From contig NW_015163228.1 in the NCBI RefSeq assembly GCF_001447785.1, positions 4,070 to 68,069 of the forward strand: a DNA stretch of 64,000 bases, given 5' to 3'. A program made the translations under genes and the position numbers. Source of the stretch: Gekko japonicus (taxonomy: Eukaryota). Shown piece by piece: positions 1 through 9,900 of this stretch (position 1 is its first letter; the number at the start of each line of letters is the position of its first letter). The notes below the pieces were generated by a model that was given only the letters and a program-made list of their open reading frames with translations, did not search any database and was not told the origin of the DNA.

Positions 1-168
1 TGGGGTCCTAGAAAGTAAAACAGTGTCATCAGCATAAAGTAAGATTGAAATATGCCGATGGGCCAGTTTGGGAGGATGATGGTGTTCTACTTTGAACAGG
101 CTTACCATGTCATTTATATAGAAAATAAAAAGTAGTGGAGCAAGGAGCCTTGTCTGAATCCCTTCTAA
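1..168 (-). mobile_element. Non-LTR retrotransposon reverse-transcriptase fragment (degenerate)
   Basis: Minus strand reads HISILLYADDTVLLSRTP (YADD motif), preceded by frameshifted KGFRQG / APLLF.FYIND motifs. Confidence 0.8.
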
Positions 169-169
169 G

Positions 170-355
170 TACTAATGGGTTTCGTAAGAAAACCCTGGCT
201 GTGGCCACAGGGGCCGGATATCCCGGGGGGGGGGGAGGCGTGGTTGTTTTCCCCAGAGTGAAATAATGTGCGACTGCACAATCAGGCATCCCCTCACAGT
301 CCCGTCGAGGTCCCGTGGTTAGGGGGGAGGTGCCGATCACACGACGCGCCAAAGA
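170..355. mobile_element. Fragment of GC/CpG-rich non-autonomous DNA-transposon family (related to 16890-17675)
   Basis: Shares GAGGTCCCGTGGTTAGGGGG..GTGC.GATCACA and adjacent sequence with 16950-17060. Confidence 0.5.
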
Positions 356-1089
356 AGCTTATCTATCATCTAGCTATCTATCATCTGTCTATCACAACTA
401 AAAATTTGAAACACATAAAGGCTACCATACCAGCACAAATATGATGAATAGAATTGGGGGGGGGGGCACAGTTGCTGCCAATATGAATTGGAAACTGGAA
501 AGAGGAGCTGTTGCTGGAGTTTACTGCAAAATGGTGGATGGGTGCTTTGTAGTTATTGCCTTCTCTCTGGAGTTGGAATGAAGCATGATGAAAACTGGAA
601 TGTTTCAGGCCTTTCCTCTGATGCCTTTGTTGGGGTCAGTTTGAAGAAATGTTGTGTTGTTATGAATTATTCCACCCAGATTTCTTGTTGACATTGTTTG
701 ATGAAATTCAGATTAGAAAGGAAAGCAACAAAAACCTGGCCATGAACCAAATCAGGAATGAATATTGAAAAAAGCTTCACATGACAGTGGAGTTCATGGG
801 GGAGTGAATGGCCAAGGAGAGATCTACTCATCCCCATAGGGGAGTCTGTAAATATGTTCCTTGAGTTTCTTTCTGTAAATATCTTAAATAAAATCACAGT
901 TTAGACTGCACTCATATTCTTACTTTCCCTCAGGCCTCAGTATTATTATGTAGCATTTAGGGAAGAAGATACAAACTAGGAGCCCAGCACTAGAAGCCAA
1001 GATAGAGAAGATCTCCACAGCTGCCATAAACTTCCCCTTGGTGCTGAAATATGATGGAACAAAGGGCAGCCAAACACCACAAAACACCA
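356..1089 (-). pseudogene. Orphan V2R last-exon 3' end (end of TM6, TM7, C-tail) plus 3' UTR/flank, V2R-B-like
   Basis: Aligns with 24165-24940. Encodes [52 protein letters not shown], has a 25-bp deletion near the stop, and is truncated at 1089 by LINE sequence. Confidence 0.88.
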
Positions 1090-1286
1090 GCTGGTCCAAG
1101 TATTCCCCCAGGGGAACATTATCGTAACAGGGGATTTTAATGTTAGAGTGGACAACAATGTCCAGGTTCTTGCTACTAAGACCGACCTTGATCTGGAGAC
1201 ATTTAACTTTTTACTAGCATTGGTAATAGATATTTCTGGGACAATACTTTTAATTTAGCTGGACAATACTACATACAACTATTATC

Positions 1287-1437
1287 CCAAATTTATTTAC
1301 TCTGAGTGAATGGATTAATGGCTTATGGTAATGCTGGTAATGCTGATAATTATACTTTTATCTCTGCCCAAATTTATTTACTCTGGCTGAATTGATTAAT
1401 GGCTTATGGTAATGCTGATAATTATACTTTTATCTCT
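1287..1437. repeat. About 80-bp local tandem duplication
   Basis: CCCAAATTTATTTACTCTG...GATTAATGGCTTATGGTAATGCTGATAATTATACTTTTATCTCT occurs twice. Confidence 0.75.
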
Positions 1438-1570
1438 ACCAGAGGGTGTAGTGTAGTCAATCACATTTTGGTTTCTTTAAATCTTCGTTCCTTCATATGC
1501 ATTTTTTTCCATTCAGGAACAGCTTTATAGCAACCACTTGCCCTTATTTGTTACACTTGAGTTAGATAAG

Positions 1571-1752
1571 CAGGGCTCTTTTTGTAGCAGGAACTCCTTT
1601 GCATATTAGGGGACAAAACCCTAATGAAGCCAATCCTCCAAGAGTTTACAGTAGCCCCTGTAAGAAGAGCTCTGTAAACTCATGGAGGATTGGCTACATT
1701 AGAGGTGTGTCGCCTAATATGCAAAGGAGTTCCTGCTACATAAAGAGCCCTG
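1571..1752. mobile_element. Palindromic MITE (hAT-like CAGGGCT termini)
   Basis: Long inverted arms CAGGGCTCTTT.TGTAGCAGGAACTCCTTTGCATATTAGG / CCTAATATGCAAAGGAGTTCCTGCTACA.AAAGAGCCCTG. Confidence 0.8.
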
Positions 1753-2318
1753 GATAATGGCATATGTTTACAACCTATGACTCAAGAACCTGATTTGCCA
1801 ACAAGGGTCTTTTGGTCTCCACAGGTAAGGTCATCCCTTTCAACAATTTTGAATTAGTCTACTATCTTGGACTGTAGGGATAGATTAATAGAGTTCACTG
1901 ATCATCTTCAAGCTGAATTCAATTACAAGATTCTTTTGTCTCTTATAAATAAGTTGCTAAAAACAAATATCAGAGTATCAAACCAAATCAATCTGATCAA
2001 TTTGCTAATAGCTCTTGATTTGATAAAGAATGTAGAGAGTTGAAGTCACGCCTATGCTCCATTTATTGGAAATTCTGTACTTCTTCACTCTCTTATCTCC
2101 CAAAAGAATATCAAACATATAAAAACTACTTAACCTTATCAAAATTAAGAGGAATGCCTTTGTCGAAAAACAGTGAGAGTGACTGCTAACTTCTATCTCC
2201 CACAATGATTCAAAGCAATTTTGGGCATTAGTTAACAGAGCATTCAGACCAGGAATATCCAGCACCTCTGTCATTTCTCCTTCTACATGGTACCATCATT
2301 TTTATTTTATTTTTTAAA

Positions 2319-2597
2319 TTGGTGTAGTGGTTAAGTGTGTGGACTCTAATCTGGGAGAACCAGGTTTGATTCCCCAGTCCTCCACTTGCACCTGCTGGAT
2401 GACCTTGGGCAAGTCATAATTCTGGCACAGCTGTTCTTGAAAAAGGGCAGTTTCAGTCAGATCTCTCTCAGCCCCACCTACCTCACAGGGTGTCTTTTGT
2501 GGGGAGGGGAAGGGAAAGGAGTTTGTAAGCTGCTCTGAGACTCCTTTGGGTAGTGAAGAGCGGGGTATAAATCCAATCTCCTCCTCCTCCTCTTCTT
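2319..2597 (+). mobile_element. tRNA-derived SINE (Squam3-like)
   Basis: TGGTGTAGTGG A-box, GGTTTGATTCCC B-box and a (CTC/CTT)n tail. Homologous to 28433-28714, 43385-43638 and 63740-63978. Confidence 0.8.
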
Positions 2598-3053
2598 TCT
2601 CCTGGTGCTTCCTATATTACCAACCTTGTCTTGGATGATATTTCTGAATGCCCCCCTGTAACTCCTGACAAAGTTGTTTCTCTTATTGACAAACTAAAAT
2701 CAGGGAAAACCCCTGGTCCTGATGTGATACCTGCGGAAATCTTAAAAGCTGGTCCTGAATGCTGGGCACCTCCCCTGGCCACTTTTTTACCATTGTAAAT
2801 TTAACAAGGCATATGCCTACAACATGGACTAATGCAATTATAGTCCCAGTTTTTAAGAAACCTGCAAATTTCAGACATATCAGCCTTCTTTGTCCTGATC
2901 TCTTGGTGGGATCAGGACCTTGGTATAAATTGGCAAAAAACCATCTATAATTGGCAATTGCTATAAATGAAAAGCAATTCGGCTAACACCATTACTATGC
3001 CAATATTCAGCACTGCATTTTATTGTCATTACTTGGTGGTATCATAGAGCTTC

Positions 3054-3994
3054 CTAACTCTCACAAATGTCTTTAATAAAATCATTCTTTAGATTGCACT
3101 CATATTTTATTAGTTGGTGCCTACTATTCAACTCAGGCTTCAAAATAATTATGTAGGATTTAGGGAAGAAGATACAAACCAGCAGTCCAGCACTAGAGGC
3201 CAAGATAGAGAAGATCTCCATGGCTACCATATACTTCCCCTTGGTGCTGAGATAAGATGGAACAAAGGACAGCCAAACACCACAAAACACCAACATGCTG
3301 AAAGTGATCAGTTTGGCTTCATTGAACCTGTCAGGCAATTTCCTGGCTAAGAAAGCCGCAGTAAAACTGACAGTAGCCAGAAATCCCAGATACCCCAGAA
3401 CCAAATAAAACATTGTGACGGACCCTTCATTGCATTCCACTATGATTTCTCCAGCCAGAGTGTCCATGTCAAAATGTGGGAATGGAGGAGCAGTACAGAG
3501 CCACACTGCACAAATACTGACTTGAATGAGGGAGCAAGAGATGAGAATGGAGGTTGCCAGTCTTTTCCCAACCCATTTCCTCATCTGGGTTCCTGGCTTG
3601 GTAGCTGCAAAAGCCAAAACCACGGTGAAGGTTTTGGCCAGCATGCACGAAATAGCCACTGAGAAGATGATGCCAAAAGCAGTTTGCCGTAAGTAGCAGG
3701 TCACTGTCTGAGGCTGGCCAATGAAGAGTAAGGAGCAAAGGAAACAAAGCAGCAGTGATATAAGAAGAGAATAGGTGAGGTTCCGATTGTTGGCTTTGAC
3801 AATTGGAGTGTTTTGGTTCTGGATAAAAATTCTTAGGACCAAAGTTGTGATCAGAGAAAAAGAGAGAGCCGAGGAGGCTAAAATGATCCCCAAAGTTTCT
3901 CTGAAGGAGAGGTAATGTAGAGCTTTGGAAATACACTTATCTTGGTTCTTGTTTGGATATTGGTCTTGTGGACATTTAAAACAGTCATCCAAAT
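3054..3994 (-). CDS. V2R-A exon 6 (end of CRD, 7TM, C-tail)
   Basis: [13 protein letters not shown]...7TM_3 motifs; acceptor TTTTTTCAG at 3995; TAG stop at 3054; AATAAA at 3019-3024. Confidence 0.94.
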
Positions 3995-6900
3995 CTGAAA
4001 AAAACAGAACAAATGCTGGCTTCATTCCCCCATACCCTTATTATGATGTAATCAGTTCTACATAAAAGTTATTAATGGGCTTGAAATATCTGCTTTCTTA
4101 AGGGTAAAGCCGGTACACAGAAATTGGCTTGGGGGGGAGGGCGCTGTCAAGTCATAGTTGACTTAAGGGGACCTTTTGAAGTTTCAAGGCAAGAGACATC
4201 CAGAGATTATTTGCCTTTGCCTACCTCTCCATGGTGTCCTTAGTCTTTCTTGGTTACCTCTTATCACATCCTAACCAGTGCCAACCCTGCTTAGCTTCTA
4301 AGATGTGACAAGGTCAGGCTAGCTTGGGCTACTGTATCATTTATATTTTCTGAGATTTTCCCCTCCATTACATAGTTACATGATACACTCATAGTTTGCA
4401 GGATCTTCTTTTTTCTCTTTGGGATGGCTCCCACTTCCAGATTTGGAATAACTTTGTGGAATAATCTTCACCTATGTGTGTAAAAATTAGTTGAGGATTA
4501 TACTTGTGCCCCTCTAGTTGCTACTGTCTGGTGCTAAGAGTGAGGAGCAAAGACCTTGTTCAGACAGATGACAAGGAATTAAGTGATGACAGGGGTTGGG
4601 GTGGTGGTCTTGCTTTGCCTGTTCCTCCAGCCCTGGGCATCAGCTTCAGCCTGCTCCACCACTGCCTTCTGAGGCCTCAGTGGGAAGAGAAAGGGGTTTG
4701 TTCACTCATGCTTTCTTCCTCCTACCCAACCCCCATCCCTGGTGCTGGGTGCTGCTGGGTAGTTTGTGTATCCCTGACTTCTCACTCGGCCCTTGTATAG
4801 AGTGCAGTGTATGTAGTACACACTCCATGCAGGGTCACATGTCTTGTAACAGCTCCTGCTTTTAAAAGACATGAGATCCTCCTCTATTCTGTCACATTGT
4901 CAGCATGCCCTTCCCTTGCAACTGTTCCTCTAGGGAGACAGCAAGATGCACTTGTTTTAGGTTTACTGGTTGGGGGCAGTGATGATCTGACCCCAGACCC
5001 CAGATGCTCCTGTTAGCCAATCTACTTCTAATCACACTCTGCCAGAACCAACCAGCAGGGCATGGACCTCTTTGGCTGCACACACCAAGAGGTCAGGTAA
5101 AGACAAAGGGTTTTAGCGAGCTGGGCAGAAGGGGCGTTAAAGCAGGCAGGAGGGGTAGCGGCTAGCAAAGGACCCAGCGTATGGTCCTTGGCTTTTATAG
5201 TGCCAATCTTTGGGGCAGGTGGCAACCTTGCCATCCTAGATCCACCCATCTGTAAGTCCGTCCCATCCCTATATCTTATTGGTGCATGTAGTAAGGGGCA
5301 CTACCTTTAAGGTTGGGCCAATATTGAAATACTATATTCTAACACAGGACAAGCCATCTGTGGAGGTGTGAAGTCCCAGCGTCACTATTCTCCTTGATGT
5401 GCAGATAGATACTGGCTTTCCCAGGCAATCAGATAAACATTCAACAGGAAATGGCAATTCAGATGTAGAGCAGATCCGTTTGTCTACATGTATCTCACCA
5501 GTCCATCAATGGGGGGATTATCTCTCCTTAGCTGTTGTTTCATGCTGACAATGGCGAAATGTGCTTCTTCCCTAAGGCTAGGTAGCTGTGTGCTTCATTA
5601 GCATGAAATGCAGGCTCAGTGCAGCTATGTGTATTTTCACAACAAGTGATTCAAACAACGTTTCTCTGCCTATGGGTCAGTGTGTGCACAATTCATATGG
5701 TGTGTCAGCAAACATCAGTCCACAACAATACAAATATTAGTCCATTTCTCAACACTCTGACCCCAGATGTTCTGGGATTGCTGAGGGAGAACATGGCCTT
5801 CACAATTAATCTGAGGAAAGGAAGAAGAAACTGGAGTTTTAAACAAACCAATGGAACTAGATGAGTCTGTAGCACCACCTGACATAAACTATTGCCAAGT
5901 CTCTAATGAAATGAACAAAAAAATGTGCCTGCATTGCAAGATTCATGTTCTGATTTTCATGAAACTTGGCAGCTGGATAAAATCCCCAGTCTTTCTCCAT
6001 TGCTTAAACTTTCTGCATGACAGCTAGGGGTTGTGCCTACAATGGAGATTAGATTATGAACAAAGAAAGAAAGCTTTAAAAAGCACAATTTACTCTCAGT
6101 TATTTGAGGTGATGGACGGAATGGGATGGATCCAACTCACTTTCCCACTCAATTGCATATAATCTCCTCTTTACCAAAGCTCCTGTCTCAGGTAGCTTTT
6201 TCCCCATAAAGGTCCCATGACTCCTAAAATAGTTTTTAGCTCAGTGCAGCTATGTGTATTTTCACAACAAGTGATTCAAACAACGTTTCTCTGCCTATGG
6301 GTCAGTGTGTGCACAATTCATATGGTGTGTCAGCAAACATCAGTCCACAACAATACAAATATTAGTCCATTTCTCAACACTCTGACCCCAGATGTTCTGG
6401 GATTGCTGAGGGAGAACATGGCCTTCACAATTAATCTGAGGAAAGGAAGAAGAAACTGGAGTTTTAAACAAACCAATGGAACTAGATGAGTCTGTAGCAC
6501 CACCTGACAAACTATTGCCAAGTCTCTAATGAAATGAACAAAAAAATGTGCCTGCATTGCAAGATTCATGTTCTGATTTTCATGAAACTTGGCAGCTGGA
6601 TAAAATCCCCAGTCTTTCTCCATTGCTTAAACTTTCTGCATGACAGCTAGGGGTTGTGCCTACAATGGAGATTAGATTATGAACAAAGAAAGAAAGCTTT
6701 AAAAAGCACAATTTACTCTCAGTTATTTGAGGTGATGGACGGAATGGGATGGATCCAACTCACTTTCCCACTCAATTGCATATAATCTCCTCTTTACCAA
6801 AGCTCCTGTCTCAGGTAGCTTTTTCCCCATAAAGGTCCCATGACTCCTAAAATAGTTTTTTATGGGGAAAGAGGACCCCAATCCCTCTTTTTCAACAACA

Positions 6901-9900
6901 GAACAGATGATTGGATCCAACTACACTTGGCCATTTCTTTAGTTAAGAATCATAATAATTACAAAAAGTTAAGTGTTCCATAATTATTTTAATTAACATG
7001 AAAATGAAACAAATTCCCCCTCTAAACAGCCCATAACAAAAAACACCATGGCTGTGGTCACACACACTAAATAATCGACTTTCAATCCACTTTCAATGCA
7101 CTTTCCAACTGGATTTTTACTCTGTGAACTAGCAAAACCCAATTCAAAAGTGCATTGAAAGTGGGTTGAAAGTGGATTATTTAGTGTGTGCGACCACAGC
7201 CCATGTCTTTCCTGTCTTTTTTTTTCATTATTACATTCTTGCCCTTCTCTGAGTTAACTAGCTTCATTTTTTCAAGGGAACCAAAATTATCCTAATGGCT
7301 TAATCTTTATTCATTAGGGAAGAGAGAGGGAGAGTCTGAGCTTTCTAGACTGGCTGTAAATGGAACCAATTAGGATTGCATACATGTGGGATTTCCAATC
7401 TTGAAAGAGATAGAAAAGGACTTTGGCTTTCACTCTCCTCCTTATGCCTGACCTGCCATGCATATTTCCCCTTCTTTTCTATTCTCTCTGGCTTGCCTGT
7501 AGCTCTCCAAACCAAATCTACCTCAAGGCCTCCTCCTCTTGCCTCCCTTCCCAGATGCTTTGGCTCACTTTAGCCCCGGTCACACGAGAGGTTTTGGGCC
7601 GGGAGAGGGCCGGGCCGGGGGCGCAGCAACTGGGTGTGATCCCACCACAACATCTGGGAAGTGTTGCGCGCCTGTTCCCAATCCGGCCCTTCCGCCGAAA
7701 ACCCGCAGCAAAAATGAACCACCTACCGAGGTGGTTCATCCGGGAAGTCCACATCACGGCCAGCCGTGAGATTGCCAGCGCATCCTTCTGTCGGCGCATC
7801 CCCGGCCCCCGGCTGAACTGCACATGCTCACACATGCGCAGTTCGGCAGCTTCCCCCTCCTGATCGTGTCTTCCTCCCCGGCATCTGATCGTGCTGGGGA
7901 GCAACGGTGCTGTGGCTAGGGGAACCATGGGATCCCGCCGCAGCGTCTCTATTTTGGTGTGGCTCTAATTAGCCGCACTTTGGCTGGTGTTTTTCCTGCT
8001 GTGTGGCAGGGACCTTTGGCCACCAAATGCTCTTGCCTCATTACTTTGCCTCCTCCTAAGTGGCCATGGTGCTATCTGTATTATGATTTGGAAGCTTTCC
8101 TTTCCATTTTCTCCTAGATTTTAATGTTAAACATAGATGCATTAGCCTGAAAAGAAGGACCCCCAATAATAAAACACTTCCTTTGTTAATGAATTACCAA
8201 AATGAAAGAGATATGAATTCCCAGGCACAATTTTAAATCCACCCCAATGAACTTATCAGAAGTGGAAAGATTTTGGCTGTGGGTCCTTTGTCTCATATTT
8301 TAACACTTTACATTATGTCTCCTACCTTTCTTATCTGAGATCTTCTCATCTGGACATGGAACACAACTGTAGCAACAAAATGGTGCCCCCTCAGCCTTCT
8401 TTCTTCTGTAACCAGGATGACAGTGATCATTGCACTCAGCAAGGGGAGGCACCTAGCCAAAGAAAGATAAGGAAAAAAAGTTTTTCAGGTTGATCAGCTA
8501 GGTTCTCTTAAAAGCCTGTTGATTTCAGCAATTCAATTCATAGAAATGGTCCTTCAACTTGGATTTAAAAGTCCATCATTCAAAGATGAGAAAATAATTG
8601 GCAAATTAATGACACAGTGAATTTCACGTCATTTCCTATTTAAGTAAAATGGCTGAGAAACTCTTTATGGAATTTGAACAGTACTGTGAAAAGGATAATG
8701 GAGGATAAGCATTTGGGGGAAAATCCCAGTTACTGTTATTATAACCAGAAGACAGGAAATTTGAGGAGTAACAGTTCCCTCCTCTGCCCTCACTTTCCCC
8801 CCTTTCCTCTCTCCTCCCCCAGCAGTCACCCATGCCCCTCTTCTTCGATGACTTCTTTCTTCCTTCCCATCTCCCAAGCTTCTTCACACTCTTCCTCCCT
8901 GCAGCAGAAACTAATCCTCAACAATGTGGTTCAGGGTAGCTAAGGAAGCTCAAATGGCAGCAAAGATCTCACAACGTAAACTTATGAGACATTTTTAAAG
9001 TTGCAATGTCTGCATTGATACAGACATTGCTTCTAGAGGACATGGCCTCATTTTTTAATTCATACCTGGGGCGAAGTTCAGAATTAGATACATGATATGG
9101 ATCGCACCTGATTCATCATATTAGGCCATGTGATGGCTTCTTCATTAATGATGAGTTCTCTGCCTGGTGAAGCCTGTGGAATTATCCTTCCAACTTTCAC
9201 TCTCGCAAGGGATTTGTTTGGCAAAGTAACCCAGTTTATAATATCAAATCCGGATGCTATTTCACCATTCTCATTAAAAAATACCAGGTCTCCAGCAGTG
9301 TTGTTAAATGAGATGCTTCTCAGGAAAGGGTGAAACTAGATTGACAATGCACAGGTTAACAAAGTGATCAAAAATTTAGAATAATCACTTGAGTGTTTAC
9401 AAGCAAAAGGCTTTGAGCTATTTCAAAGGTTTGATTTTGTTTCTCCTACAGCTTTTTGATGTGGGGTCCAATGTAGAATAGAAGTAAATAAAATTCCAGG
9501 ATATTATGTTCTTTGTATGGTTATAATTGTTCTTATACCTGTTCATTTATTGGTTTCATGAATAGTAACTACTTGAATTTCTTTGTATGTTCTATGTTTA
9601 ATGTTTTACTTGTATCTTTGTATAATTAATAAAAATGTTAAAAAAAAAGAAGAAGAAGTCCTTTAACTTGTTCTAATTCACACCACCTCATGGGCCAATG
9701 GAATGTTTTGGAACTACTTTTTTAAAGTGAAGACCACCACCTTGGACTTATAACAGTTTGTTGGTGTTTCATGTGTTTATTCCAGAAAGTGATTCTGCAC
9801 TAGACCTTAAATCCTGGTTCAACCGTTTCCCCGAACTTACATTCTATACTGCACTCGAGTTCACCACTTTAATTATCCCAGGTTATTTCCCCCCCCACAT

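Larger units (their letters stand above)
1090..2950 (+). mobile_element. Highly degenerate LINE ORF2 remnant (APE endonuclease to RT N-terminus), interrupted by a MITE and a SINE
   Basis: [12 protein letters not shown] at about 1115-1150. KLKSGKTPGPDVIPAEILK and WTNAIIVPVFKK..NFRHISLL at about 2690-2890. Confidence 0.7.

Noticed and set aside
3469-3936. 155-aa alternative-frame ORF overlapping V2R-A exon 6 (similar one at 25118-25735)
   Set aside because: Shadow frame of the 7TM exon. Its presence in both genes follows from paralogy/conversion, and it has no independent start context.
7376-7928. Cluster of overlapping ORFs in GC-rich stretches (also 14534-15055, 16873-17608)
   Set aside because: Stop-poor GC-rich transposon sequence with no recognisable protein motifs.
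9066-9107. Second strong donor (CAG|GTATG) 42 nt downstream of V2R-A exon 4
   Set aside because: The in-frame extension contains TAA, and the site is not conserved in V2R-B.
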